Shown here one piece after another: positions 47,297-57,395 of a DNA stretch of 64,000 nt. The notes under the pieces are model-generated. The model did not search any database, was not told the origin of the DNA, and was given only the letters and a program-made list of their open reading frames with translations. A program made the position numbers and the translations under genes. Origin of the DNA: Candidatus Gottesmanbacteria bacterium UBA6580 (GTDB taxonomy: Bacteria; Patescibacteriota; Microgenomatia; UBA10105; UBA927); NCBI GenBank assembly GCA_002433895.1, contig DJJA01000003.1, positions 107,185-171,184 on the forward strand, read 5' to 3'. The stretch's first letter is position 1; each line of letters begins with the position of its first letter.

Positions 47297-47387
47297 GGAG
47301 AGGTGCAGGGAATGGCTATCCGGACAGTCTCGAAAACTGTTATCTCCGTCAGGGGATTTGTGGGTTCGAGTCCCACCCTCTCCGCCA
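47297..47387 (+). tRNA. tRNA-Ser(CGA)
   Basis: GGAGAGG/CCTCTCC-GCCA; ACAGT-CTCGAAA-ACTGT; long variable arm. Confidence 0.95.
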
Positions 47388-47400
47388 GAAAAGAGGAACT

Positions 47401-47817
47401 ATGACCATTACAATTTGCGGAAGTATGCAGTTTCATAAAGAAATGGCGTTTATGCGTGACGAGTTGTTGTCGCGCGGGTTTACCGTGTATGTGCCGGGCG
47501 AACTCGATGATATTCATAAAAATGAATCATATATGGATAGCGATGAAGAGCGGATCACCGCAAAAATTGAATACAATTTCATCCGTGAGCATTTCAAAAA
47601 AATCGAGATAGCGGACGCTATCCTTATCCTGAATTATGAAAAAAAGGGGATCCCCGGATATATCGGTGGTAATACATTTTTAGAGATGGGGTACGCGTTT
47701 GGATTAGGAAAAAAAGTATATTTGCTGTATCCCGTTCCCGACATGGATTACAAGACTGAAATGCACGCAATACAGCCGATTGTTATTAACGGTGACTTGT
47801 CCCAAATTACCCCTTAA
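47401..47817 (+). CDS. Nucleoside 2-deoxyribosyltransferase-like protein, paralog 2
   Basis: ITICGS, ADAILILN, GYIGGNTFLEMGYAFGLGK; clearly similar to 46836-47249. Confidence 0.6.
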   Translation: MTITICGSMQFHKEMAFMRDELLSRGFTVYVPGELDDIHKNESYMDSDEERITAKIEYNFIREHFKKIEIADAILILNYEKKGIPGYIGGNTFLEMGYAFGLGKKVYLLYPVPDMDYKTEMHAIQPIVINGDLSQITP

Positions 47818-49895
47818 GGCTCTACATCTTTTCCGTCTGTTTTAGTTGCGTTGATGTATGTTGTCACGATGTTTCCCTGCGCATCTTTCAGCGTGAGGGT
47901 GCCGCCGTTTAGTCCTTTAAGCGTATTATTTTTTAATTTTTCGACCCCGGAAGTGCCATCATAGGTTGTTGATGAGTAAAGCCATGTGCAGCATTCGGCG
48001 TAAAAACTGTTTTGGACCACGCCTATTTCAACGATGTCGCTTGTATTGGTGATACGCGTTATCGCCGGAGTAAAGGTGATGCCATCAAAGGCGGCGAGCG
48101 TGACTACTTCCGGATCCGCCGGCTTCCGGGGAATAACGCCGATGGCTACCGGTTTATCAGGCAACGAATTTCCCACGATGCGTTGGTGAAGCGCAACTTT
48201 GATGAGCTTTCCGTTAAATACGTTCTCCAGTAGCGTCAGCAGTTCTGTTTCTTTTGCTTTGTTTATTCGCCCGGGCGTCACCCATACCATAACTCCGGGT
48301 ACGTCTTCTGCGAGTGGCTTTTTGTCGCTGCTGATAATTGATCCCCTGCGCGCGGGAGAAACCCGTGTTTCAAGGCGAGAGGTGTCATCAAGTCCCGGTA
48401 AAAGCAGAGACCAGTCCCATGGAATACGCCACCTATTGTCTTCCTTCACAAAAGGCACATCGGTGTCGACGGTGAATGTCCCGAGTTGCCGGGTAAAGTA
48501 GGTAAACGTCATTGGCACAAATTGTGGCGATTGGCGACTGGTTATTACCTTCCCTTTTTGTTCGATGTTTATAAATTCAATTTCTCCGTCTGCCATAATG
48601 CTATGAGCAAATCTACGGAACCCGTCTCTTGTTGCGGTGCTCCGGAAATGTTTTGTGGTGTCTTCATACACGTCCGCAAACAGGAAATGTTCTGTGTTGT
48701 AGACAAACTGGTTAATGACCGATTGTGGTGAGGGAAATAATATGGGGATAGATGAAATGACATTTGCCGTCAGTAGTACGCCGTATACAACGGCTCCAAC
48801 ACGCTGGGGCAGCTTTGTGATGATGGCGCCGCCGGTAATATAGAGAAGCGGGAGAATGACGACAAGATACCGCACCCAAAAGGGGACTACAGCGTAGAGT
48901 ACGAGGGTAACAAAAAGTATGCCGATAACCACCCCCCAACCCGCGTCTGTTGCTTTGTCGCGAAGCTTCGTGAAGCCAGCGGCGACTGCAGAAAAAAATA
49001 GTATCCCCCATGTGGGGCTCCACTCAGGCGCGATTTCCCAACGGTGTGAAAAAATATTTTGATATCTGCCGGTAATAAGGGTAACGATATCGCTTCCCCA
49101 GGTGGGTGCCAGATTTGCGTTGCGGTAGAAGCTGATGGTCCATTTTTGTATTTTTATCCAGTCAAGCAGGGTATGCCCATGGGTGAAATAGCCGGTGTAC
49201 GGAACGAGATACCCAATAAGTCCGCCGACAAAAAGCATAACGATAAGACGTGGCGAGCGGGTAGAGACATGGATATACCAGATGGCGGCAGCCATGATAA
49301 CGGGTGTGAGTACCGGTAATTTTGTGGCGGAAAATAATCCGAGCGCCACACCGGAAGCGAGCGCCAACGCCGGCTGGTGACGCTTTGTGCGGCCGGCGCA
49401 TATGATGAGTGACAGAAACAGTACGAGGAGACCCGCCTGTAACGCATCCATCATGGTAAGGGCAAATTGGTTGGTTATCAGTGGGTCGGTTGCAAGAAGC
49501 ACAGTGAGCATAAGCGCGGGGACTGTTTTTTTGATCAGCAGAAGCGCCAAAAAGTACGTGCCGATAAGAAGAGAGACCGTGGTGATAAGGCCGTAGAGGT
49601 ACCCGTTATTCAGCGATATGATGCTGAGGCCGATAAGGTATTTTCCTAGCGGGGGCATTTCAGCGTTTGTGCTGGTAGGGTCTCCTCCGCTGATAAGCCG
49701 GTACCCTTCATAGAGATATAATCCGTCGTCGCCGATCGTGCGAAGCGAAAGCGGGAGTTTCCATTGGGACTGTTCGTACCTATCTTTCCAATATGCTTCG
49801 TCAAACTGCGAAAAAAACAGCGCGCGATGCGCATAAACGACCAAACTGAGATACGAGACAAGAAGTACAAGAAATAGAATAAAGGCACGTCGCAT
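47814..49895 (-). CDS. GT-C (PMT-like) glycosyltransferase fused to PBP2a-like NTF2 and pedestal domains, no transpeptidase
   Basis: N-terminal IGDDGLY..NAEMPPLGKYLIG + many TMs; C-terminal WRIPWDWSLLLPGL, ARRGSIISSDKKPLA, GTSGVEK..TLKGLNGG. Confidence 0.7.
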   Translation of the reverse strand: MRRAFILFLVLLVSYLSLVVYAHRALFFSQFDEAYWKDRYEQSQWKLPLSLRTIGDDGLYLYEGYRLISGGDPTSTNAEMPPLGKYLIGLSIISLNNGYLYGLITTVSLLIGTYFLALLLIKKTVPALMLTVLLATDPLITNQFALTMMDALQAGLLVLFLSLIICAGRTKRHQPALALASGVALGLFSATKLPVLTPVIMAAAIWYIHVSTRSPRLIVMLFVGGLIGYLVPYTGYFTHGHTLLDWIKIQKWTISFYRNANLAPTWGSDIVTLITGRYQNIFSHRWEIAPEWSPTWGILFFSAVAAGFTKLRDKATDAGWGVVIGILFVTLVLYAVVPFWVRYLVVILPLLYITGGAIITKLPQRVGAVVYGVLLTANVISSIPILFPSPQSVINQFVYNTEHFLFADVYEDTTKHFRSTATRDGFRRFAHSIMADGEIEFINIEQKGKVITSRQSPQFVPMTFTYFTRQLGTFTVDTDVPFVKEDNRWRIPWDWSLLLPGLDDTSRLETRVSPARRGSIISSDKKPLAEDVPGVMVWVTPGRINKAKETELLTLLENVFNGKLIKVALHQRIVGNSLPDKPVAIGVIPRKPADPEVVTLAAFDGITFTPAITRITNTSDIVEIGVVQNSFYAECCTWLYSSTTYDGTSGVEKLKNNTLKGLNGGTLTLKDAQGNIVTTYINATKTDGKDVEP

Positions 49896-50054
49896 ACTGA
49901 TAACCCAATTCTAGCAGAGAGCAGGCATAGGCGGTATAATAAGGCTTGTACATCGCTTATTGATGTATGCATTCGGTCGTGGGAGTGGAGGATGCACAAC
50001 TCGCGACACGAAAATGGCAATATCAGGAAAAACCACACGGTTTTGTCCGGTAAG

Positions 50055-50126
50055 GCTCTCGTAGTTCAATGGATAGAATGCGGCCCTCCGAAGGCTGTGA
50101 TGGCAGTTCGACTCTGCCCGGGAGTA
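50055..50126 (+). tRNA. tRNA-Arg(CCG)
   Basis: GCTCTCG/CGGGAGT-A; CGGCC-CTCCGAA-GGCTG; TTCGACT. Confidence 0.92.
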
Positions 50127-50148
50127 CTCAGGCTGATATACTATATTT

Positions 50149-50745
50149 ATGAAGGATCAAAAGAGGCTAACGAACCTTATCTATGAAGCGGCAAACGTCA
50201 AACGGATGCTCCGGACCGGTTGGCAGCGCCTTGGTGATAATGAAGAAGGCGTTGGCGAGCACTCGTTTATGACTGCGGTTATTGCGTATTTACTTGCCCG
50301 GGAAATAAATGCCGTGGGTGACGCTTCGCGGAACGTATCGATGGAAAAAATTATGTTAATGAGTATATTCCATGATTTTCATGAGGGGCGGACCGGTGAG
50401 ATGGATAAGGTGGCGAAACTGTATATGACCCGGCATGAAGACAAAGCAAACGAAGATATTTTTAAAGGCGTAGATGACGATCTGCTGACATTGTTAAGCG
50501 AATATGAGGCACGAAAATCACTTGATGCCCAAGTAGTATATGAAGCAAATGTGATTGCGTTCGGAGTGGAGTGCAAAATTTTGATGGAAAAAGGAAATAC
50601 GCATGCTAAGGAGTGGATGGATGCAAATTCCAAAAGAGTGCGGCTACCTGAGTCTATTGAACTTATGACCTCTCTTGCAGTCACCGACTCGCAGGATTGG
50701 TGGAAAGATATCCGTGAAGCTATCCACGAAGAATTTGCTAAGTGA
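50149..50745 (+). CDS. HD-domain hydrolase (YfbR/HDDC2-like)
   Basis: KRMLRTGW, EGVGEHSF, FHDFHEGRTG. Confidence 0.85.
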   Translation: MKDQKRLTNLIYEAANVKRMLRTGWQRLGDNEEGVGEHSFMTAVIAYLLAREINAVGDASRNVSMEKIMLMSIFHDFHEGRTGEMDKVAKLYMTRHEDKANEDIFKGVDDDLLTLLSEYEARKSLDAQVVYEANVIAFGVECKILMEKGNTHAKEWMDANSKRVRLPESIELMTSLAVTDSQDWWKDIREAIHEEFAK

Positions 50746-51666
50746 TTATTCCCCCTCCTTAAATAACACCGCCGCCATTTTTTTTGTAATCCGGCTGCTT
50801 GTTGCAAATACTACCCCGACAATAATGAGTGCTGCTCCGAGAAGGTAGGTAAGTGTAAGGCGTTCGCCCAGGATAACCGCGTTTATCGCGACAGCTATCA
50901 CCAGTTGTATGTATTCTTTCAGCGATGCTGTTGAGGCAGAAACGTGTTGTACTCCCCACTGAAACAGGAAAAAAGTAATAATAGTAATTCCGACCGCCGC
51001 GTACAACAACACGCCGGTATATGAAGGGATAGTGAGAGCAGGTGAAAGGAGTGTTTGGCCGGCAAGAAGTGCGGCGGCGGTTGCCGCAATCGTGACGGTA
51101 AAAATATTGACTGATGTGGACAGAATAGGAGAAAAATCCCCGTGTAAGAGTATGCGCCGTGAAAAAATAATATACATTGTCCAGCACAGAAGACTTCCAA
51201 CCATAAATATGTTACCCAGCAAATTCCCTGACGTAATATTTCCTTTGTCTATCATTGGTAACAGCACGATACAGAGTGCGCCGATAAGACCGATACATAT
51301 GCCCGCCAGTTTATTTTTCTGGATGGGCTCGTTTAAAAATAATGGAGAGAAAAGCGCTACAGTGATGGGAATTGTTGTGCCAAGTATGCTCCCCGTATTT
51401 GCCGTAGTAAGCGAGAGTCCTAAATAATAAAACAAAATATTTCCCGTGTTGAATAATCCAAGCGGTAGCAGCGCGCGCCAAAAACCTTTTGGTTTATTGG
51501 TACGGAGAAAAAAAGGGAGAATTATCAGTGATGCCAAAATAAACCGGTGGCTGGCGGCAACAAATGGTGGTACCTCCATGAAAAGCAATTTGGAAACCGA
51601 TCCGGCACTTGCCCATAAACCAGCGGAAACAAGGATAGCCAGCAGTGCTTTGGTGTGAATTGACAT
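50746..51666 (-). CDS. EamA/DMT-family transporter
   Basis: Ten TMs in two repeats; FLNEPI, ILGERLT. Confidence 0.88.
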   Translation of the reverse strand: MSIHTKALLAILVSAGLWASAGSVSKLLFMEVPPFVAASHRFILASLIILPFFLRTNKPKGFWRALLPLGLFNTGNILFYYLGLSLTTANTGSILGTTIPITVALFSPLFLNEPIQKNKLAGICIGLIGALCIVLLPMIDKGNITSGNLLGNIFMVGSLLCWTMYIIFSRRILLHGDFSPILSTSVNIFTVTIAATAAALLAGQTLLSPALTIPSYTGVLLYAAVGITIITFFLFQWGVQHVSASTASLKEYIQLVIAVAINAVILGERLTLTYLLGAALIIVGVVFATSSRITKKMAAVLFKEGE

Positions 51667-51710
51667 GAGAAGTATTATATTCCTCCCCGTGTCATGAAAC
51701 TACTTCAGCT

Positions 51711-52490
51711 TCACTTTTTGGCAGATTTTCTCGTTTGTTCTTTCATCCAGGTGAGCAGCTTGCCGTGCGTGTCATACGGAAACGTTGTCCGTTTCCAGAA
51801 CTCAAGTGTGTTGCTCTTACGAACAGCGGGAGAGTTAAGGTGTGCCATTATCCCCGGCGCTTCCATGGGATCATGCGCGACGATGACGTCTTCTGCGGCA
51901 AATCCATTGGCTGCCACGTCCCATCCGCAGGTGAGTATCATGGTGCGCGCAAGATGTGACGCTGTGGTAAACACTGCTACCCGTCGCAGCTGCTGCTGAT
52001 TGACGATAATTGATAGGCTTTCCGCGTTTTTGGATGTATTTGCTGCCTGTTCATTGATAATTGCACCATCCGGTACGGTCACGCGGTTATTTGATATTTC
52101 AGCGACATATTTCCGGAATACCCAGTCATATGAACCGTTTATTCGTTTGCCTTCGCCATTTAACATTATGACCTGTTTCGGCGTTTTTCCTTCGAGCGCC
52201 CACTCCACATACTTGATGGCAGCTGCTTTCAGCCGTTTTTTGGTGATGCCATTCGGGAACGGTAGTCCATTTTTTCCATACGATGGACCGCCGTCAAATA
52301 CCGCAATCGCGTCAAAGGGAATGTTGCCACTGTTATCGGCGCAATGTACCGGTTGGCCAAAGGCCGCCGTTATCACACGGTGGGTCGTGTCAAAATTAAT
52401 AGCCGGCGGAGCCAACAGCGCGATTGCTCCGGTCAGAAGCAGCGCTTTTCTCCCGGTGAGTCTTTTTTGTCTACCATGTTCTTTGCGCAT
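51711..52490 (-). CDS. YdcF/ElyC (DUF218) family protein
   Basis: DAIAVFDGG, RLKAA, EQAANTSKNA, FTTASHLAR. Confidence 0.75.
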   Translation of the reverse strand: MRKEHGRQKRLTGRKALLLTGAIALLAPPAINFDTTHRVITAAFGQPVHCADNSGNIPFDAIAVFDGGPSYGKNGLPFPNGITKKRLKAAAIKYVEWALEGKTPKQVIMLNGEGKRINGSYDWVFRKYVAEISNNRVTVPDGAIINEQAANTSKNAESLSIIVNQQQLRRVAVFTTASHLARTMILTCGWDVAANGFAAEDVIVAHDPMEAPGIMAHLNSPAVRKSNTLEFWKRTTFPYDTHGKLLTWMKEQTRKSAKK

Positions 52491-52569
52491 ACGTTTGTTG
52501 TGAGAAAAATTACAATGGTGGCTATTATAGCATCAGATCAAGCTCTATAAATGATATAATTGCCATATT

Positions 52570-52652
52570 GGAGGAGTGGCCCAGCGGCTACGGCATACGC
52601 TTGGAAAGCGTACGGGAGCAATCCCTCGCAGGTTCGAGTCCTGTCTCCTCCG
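52570..52652 (+). tRNA. tRNA-Ser(GGA)
   Basis: GGAGGAG/CTCCTCC-G; TACGC-TTGGAAA-GCGTA; long variable arm; TGATATAAT upstream. Confidence 0.95.
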
Positions 52653-52713
52653 CACGTTACCAGTTTTTTGTTCATGTGTAACACAATTCAGCAATTGGTG
52701 AGATAATGGGCAA

Positions 52714-54279
52714 GTGAAGCGTTTTTTCTTCGGTGATTTCCGGTTTGTTCATATACTATTTACGATATTTTGGTTTGGATTTCTCCTTACCGGCTTACGA
52801 GTTTTCCCCGATTATGGCGTTCCCATAGACGAATACTCCCAGATAGACATCGGCCGGGTAAATTATGAGCGTATTGTTCATGGAAATATGGAAATACAAA
52901 CGCATTTCGACCGGTATTATGGACCGGCGTTTGAGGTGCCACTCTATCTTGTGAGCAATAGCATTACCGATTGGCTTGGTATCGATATCATGAGCGCGCG
53001 GCATTTGGGGATATTTTTATTTTTCGCTTGTTCGCTTATCGTTTTTTATGTGCTGCTTGCCGCCATACACCATAACCCGGTATACGGACTGCTCGGCGTC
53101 ATTTTGCTCGTTATTACTCCCCGGTTTTTTGCGGAGGGATTTTATAACACGAAAGATATGGCGTTTTTATCGATGACCATTTGGGTGTTATACGCGGGTT
53201 TTTGGGTAAATCCCAAAAAGTGGATGACGGTAGCTGTCGCGGGGATTGTGACCGGCCTTGCCATATCGGTGCGCGCGCAAGGCCTTCTGTTGCTTATGGC
53301 GGTGGCGCTGACGATGGCGCTGCATAAGGATGTGGGTATCTGGAGGAGGGCGGCGGTAGCGACGGGGTATATTGCCGTATCACTCGTGACACTGTTTTTT
53401 ACTTTTCCCGTTTTTTGGAACGATACACTCCGGAATATTATTGGATTTTGGCAGTCAGCCGCAAATCCCGTTGGTGTCCCGACGTTATATTTCGGTACAT
53501 GGTATATCAGTCCGAATTTACCATGGCATTACCATTTTGTGTGGGTTGGTATTACCGGTTTATTATCGGTTATAGGCACTGCTATTGCAGGGATTGGATG
53601 GTATGTGGCGAAGTCAATCAGGACGGGGAAATACCATACTTCGGAATACCGGACGAACTTTACGATGATTGCCATAATCGTCGGGACATTTGCGGTGTCG
53701 GTATTTTTTAATCCGCGTTCTTATGATGGATGGCGTCACATATATTATATATATCCGTGCCTGATTGGATTTTCAGTTTATTTTTTCCGGGCAGTATATG
53801 AACGTCAAGCGTCTGTTTTGTTGCGGGGGTTGTTTTTTGGAGTGACCGTTGCGGTATGCGTGGACTGTTTTTTTGCCCTGGCGTTTATAGTGCGTAATCA
53901 CCCGAACCAGTATGTATATTTTAATATGCTTGCAGGTGGGTACAAAAACGCAAAGGAAAATTTTGATATGGATTACTGGGGGATTTCCCAAAAACAAGCG
54001 CTTGAACATCTTGTTACATGGCCGGATAATCCTTCCCGGTTCGTCTATTTTGATCAAATGCTTCCGTATGCGCGGTATGGTATGCTGCCGCGGTTGTTAA
54101 AAAAAGGGTGGATATACACCGAGTCGATTAGTAATGCTGATATGTATATTGCCGCGTACCGGGATTATAAAACGGTGTCTCTGAAGAATTTTTCAAAAGT
54201 GTATTCGGTTATGGTTGAGGGGGTAGATATTTCCGCCGTATACGCATCCCAGCCATACGTTTCACTGCTAAAACAATGA
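52714..54279 (+). CDS. GT-C fold membrane glycosyltransferase (family 39-like)
   Basis: DYGVPIDE, PRFFAEGFYNTKD, YDGWRH, YVYFN..DYWG; many TMs. Confidence 0.75.
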   Translation: MKRFFFGDFRFVHILFTIFWFGFLLTGLRVFPDYGVPIDEYSQIDIGRVNYERIVHGNMEIQTHFDRYYGPAFEVPLYLVSNSITDWLGIDIMSARHLGIFLFFACSLIVFYVLLAAIHHNPVYGLLGVILLVITPRFFAEGFYNTKDMAFLSMTIWVLYAGFWVNPKKWMTVAVAGIVTGLAISVRAQGLLLLMAVALTMALHKDVGIWRRAAVATGYIAVSLVTLFFTFPVFWNDTLRNIIGFWQSAANPVGVPTLYFGTWYISPNLPWHYHFVWVGITGLLSVIGTAIAGIGWYVAKSIRTGKYHTSEYRTNFTMIAIIVGTFAVSVFFNPRSYDGWRHIYYIYPCLIGFSVYFFRAVYERQASVLLRGLFFGVTVAVCVDCFFALAFIVRNHPNQYVYFNMLAGGYKNAKENFDMDYWGISQKQALEHLVTWPDNPSRFVYFDQMLPYARYGMLPRLLKKGWIYTESISNADMYIAAYRDYKTVSLKNFSKVYSVMVEGVDISAVYASQPYVSLLKQ

Positions 54280-54968
54280 ATGCCGCAAGAGAACTACTGA
54301 CCCGTATATATGCCGATAAGGAATTCGCCAACGCGATAGCGCCTGATCTTTTTCCCGTATCGATTAATGCCACGCAAGGCGCATTTTTGGTTCATATCAT
54401 AGAGCAGTATAAACCGAAAGTTATCGTAGAGCTGGGTTTTCGTTATGGTATTTCATCTTTATGGATACAAAGTGCCGCGCACCTTCCTCATCGCCATATT
54501 ATTATTGATCCCTATCATCACATTCCAAATCCCCCAAAACGATACACAATAGACACGTTTATTAAGAAGCAAAAAGGCGTGATACAAGAAGAAGGGATGA
54601 CGAGTCAGGAGTATCTCGCGGGACTGTTGAGTAAAAAAATACAAGTCGATATGGTGTTTATCGATGCCAGCCAATGGTTTGATAGCGTGATGACCGACAT
54701 GTATTTCGTAAGTAGAATACTGCGGGTGCGGGGAATAGTGGTTATCCGAAATATTTGGAGCAAACCTGTACGCCGCGCGGTTATGTATTATCTGAAAAAT
54801 CTCCCGTTTCGTGTTGTTGGTATTGCCCCCTGGCAAGGGTGGATCATCGCGCATGTTCCCGTGTTTGGTGAACTATTGCTCCGGGCAGTTATAAGGCCTT
54901 TGGATTTATGTGTGATGCAACTCACCCGTAACGACAACAGGGAATGGAATTCATATATTCCGTTTTAA
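54276..54968 (+). CDS. Class I SAM-dependent methyltransferase
   Basis: IVELGFRYGISS, IDPY, VDMVFIDAS. Confidence 0.75.
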   Translation: MNAARELLTRIYADKEFANAIAPDLFPVSINATQGAFLVHIIEQYKPKVIVELGFRYGISSLWIQSAAHLPHRHIIIDPYHHIPNPPKRYTIDTFIKKQKGVIQEEGMTSQEYLAGLLSKKIQVDMVFIDASQWFDSVMTDMYFVSRILRVRGIVVIRNIWSKPVRRAVMYYLKNLPFRVVGIAPWQGWIIAHVPVFGELLLRAVIRPLDLCVMQLTRNDNREWNSYIPF

Positions 54969-54975
54969 TCATTGT

Positions 54976-55446
54976 ATGATTACCTGTGCGTTTGAAAATG
55001 GAAAAGCAGCGAACCTCCGTCATGTTGTGGTTCATGCGATTGTCGAAAGGGACGGTGCGTTGCTTTTAGTTAAGCGGTCGCCCGGTATATCAGAAGGCGG
55101 TAAGTGGTCATTACCCTCCGGGTATTTAGACCGTGACGAAACAGCCGCACAGGGTGCGCTCCGCGAGCTCAAAGAAGAGACCGGCTGGGATGGAGAGGTG
55201 CGATCACTATTTATTATTAAAACTGATCCCCACCGACCGCATGAAGATAGACAAAATGTATCCTTCCATTTTCTTATTACTCCAACGAAGCAAGCAGGTG
55301 TAAAAGATGGGGAATCAACTGCGGTCGCCTGGGTGCCAATACGCGAGCTCCCGCCGCTTTACGGATTAGCTTTTGACCATGGCGAAGCGGTGGAGTGGTA
55401 TCTCCGTTACCGGTCCCAAGAGTTTTCACTTCCTCTGGTGATGTAA
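54976..55446 (+). CDS. NUDIX hydrolase
   Basis: WSLPSGYLDRDETAAQGALRELKEETG, LAFDH. Confidence 0.92.
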   Translation: MITCAFENGKAANLRHVVVHAIVERDGALLLVKRSPGISEGGKWSLPSGYLDRDETAAQGALRELKEETGWDGEVRSLFIIKTDPHRPHEDRQNVSFHFLITPTKQAGVKDGESTAVAWVPIRELPPLYGLAFDHGEAVEWYLRYRSQEFSLPLVM

Positions 55447-55548
55447 ACTGGCCGTTGTAACAGATGCAACAGAAGCAAATGATGCTTGCTCTGGCAGACG
55501 GCAGATATTAGAAATCCTTCACTTAGTGTGTTATTCTGCGCTCATTAT

Positions 55549-57330
55549 ATGACTGATGTTGATGAGATCAAATCAAGACTAAATATTGTTGATATTGTCG
55601 GAGCCCGCGTGCAGCTCAAGAACGCAGGACGGAACTTTAAAGGGCTTTGTCCTTTTCATAGCGAAAAAACTCCGTCGTTTATGGTAAGCCCCGACCGGCA
55701 GACATTTCATTGTTTCGGATGTGGCAAGGGAGGGAGTATTTTTGATTTTATCATGCTTTCAGAGCATGTTGATTTTTCTGAAGCGCTTGAAACGCTTGCT
55801 GAGCGTGCTGGTGTCAAGCTGGAACGCCGGGCAACAGATACTCCAGAGGCAAAAATGAGACAGAAGCTGCTGGAGGTAAATCACCTGGCGAGTGAGTACT
55901 ATCATTTTTTGCTGACAAAGCATCAGGTAGGAGAGAACGCTATGGACTACCTGAAGCATCGCGGTATTTCTGATAAATCGATAAAAACATTTACCTTGGG
56001 ATATAGCCCGAATAATTGGGATGGCCTGTTGGGATTTCTCAAGAAAAAAGGATATGAAGAGCGCGTGCTGGAGACTGCAGGTTTGGTTATCCGGGGTAAC
56101 CGTGGATACTATGACCGGTTCCGGGGTAGGGTCATGTTTACCCTAAAAGATCACCGGGGCAACGTGGTAGGATTTTCGGGAAGGGTACTCGACCCGGCCG
56201 CAAAAGAAGCTAAGTATATAAACACATCAGAAACTCCGGTCTATACAAAGGGCAAAGTGTTGTATGCACTTGATGTCACGAAAGATGCCATCCAAAAAAG
56301 TAATGAAGCAGTACTTATGGAGGGGGAGCTCGATGTCATTTCTTCTTTTCAGGCAGGAATATCCAATGTCGTCGCGATAAAGGGGTCAGCAGTGACGGAA
56401 GACCATGCCAGATTACTCCGCCGTTTTGCTGAACGTCTTGTATTTGCCCTAGATAGCGATCTTGCGGGCGACGCGGCAGCACGAAGAGGTATAGAAATTG
56501 CCGAACGGATAGGATTTGATATGCGGGTCGCGGTGATGCCGTCAGGAAAAGATCCTGATGAAGCCGCCCGGGAAAATCCCGGACTCCTGAAAAAAGCGAT
56601 TAAAGAGGCGGCGCCGATTTATGACTACTTTTTATCATCCGCGCTTTCCCGGTACGATATTTCAAGTTCGTACGGCAAACGGAAAGTATCCGATGAGTTT
56701 ATTCCGGTGCTTATGAAAATGGATAATCCCATTGTGCAGGGACACTATGCCCGAAAGCTCGCGGTAGGATTGGGGTTATCGGAAGAAACAATCCAACAGG
56801 GGATGAGTAAGTATAGAACCGGAAGAGGCGGGCAAACGAGGGAAAAACAGGAACAGCTGGCAGAAAAAAAGATGCTGTCGCTGGTGGAAAAATCCGAAGT
56901 GTATCTTTTGGCGCTGCTGCTGCAGGGCAAAACACATGATTTGTTACCTGTTTGTATGGCTGCTATTCCGGTCAATGAGTTTCATTTTAAGCCGCTCCGT
57001 TTAATTATGGAAAAATTAGAGCTCTTCATGAACGAGCGAAAGACATTTGTGGCGAAAGATTTTGCCGAGACACTGCCAAGCGAGCTTATCCCGACATTTG
57101 ACGAGGCGTTTTTAACCGATGTGTCTGATTTTGTTGAAGATGACGTGCGGTTTAGCCGTGCGTGGGATAAAGCTATCCGCAAAGTCCGTCTTGAACATAT
57201 CAATGTCCGCTTGGAAGAAATTAGCAGGAAACAGCGTGATCCGGATATATCCAACGAAGAACGCGCCGCATATGATCAGGAATTTATGGAGCTGACCCAA
57301 AAACGGGCAGCCATAGAAAAAGGCAAGTAA
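55549..57330 (+). CDS. dnaG: DNA primase
   Basis: CPFHSEKTPSF, CFGC, DRFRGRVMF, KYINTSET, EGELD, DSDLAG, KDPDE. Confidence 0.97.
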   Translation: MTDVDEIKSRLNIVDIVGARVQLKNAGRNFKGLCPFHSEKTPSFMVSPDRQTFHCFGCGKGGSIFDFIMLSEHVDFSEALETLAERAGVKLERRATDTPEAKMRQKLLEVNHLASEYYHFLLTKHQVGENAMDYLKHRGISDKSIKTFTLGYSPNNWDGLLGFLKKKGYEERVLETAGLVIRGNRGYYDRFRGRVMFTLKDHRGNVVGFSGRVLDPAAKEAKYINTSETPVYTKGKVLYALDVTKDAIQKSNEAVLMEGELDVISSFQAGISNVVAIKGSAVTEDHARLLRRFAERLVFALDSDLAGDAAARRGIEIAERIGFDMRVAVMPSGKDPDEAARENPGLLKKAIKEAAPIYDYFLSSALSRYDISSSYGKRKVSDEFIPVLMKMDNPIVQGHYARKLAVGLGLSEETIQQGMSKYRTGRGGQTREKQEQLAEKKMLSLVEKSEVYLLALLLQGKTHDLLPVCMAAIPVNEFHFKPLRLIMEKLELFMNERKTFVAKDFAETLPSELIPTFDEAFLTDVSDFVEDDVRFSRAWDKAIRKVRLEHINVRLEEISRKQRDPDISNEERAAYDQEFMELTQKRAAIEKGK

Positions 57331-57395
57331 ATACGCTATAATACGTTTAATCGAAGCTTTAATGTTGCGTGCGACATTGGCTTTCGGAGAACACC

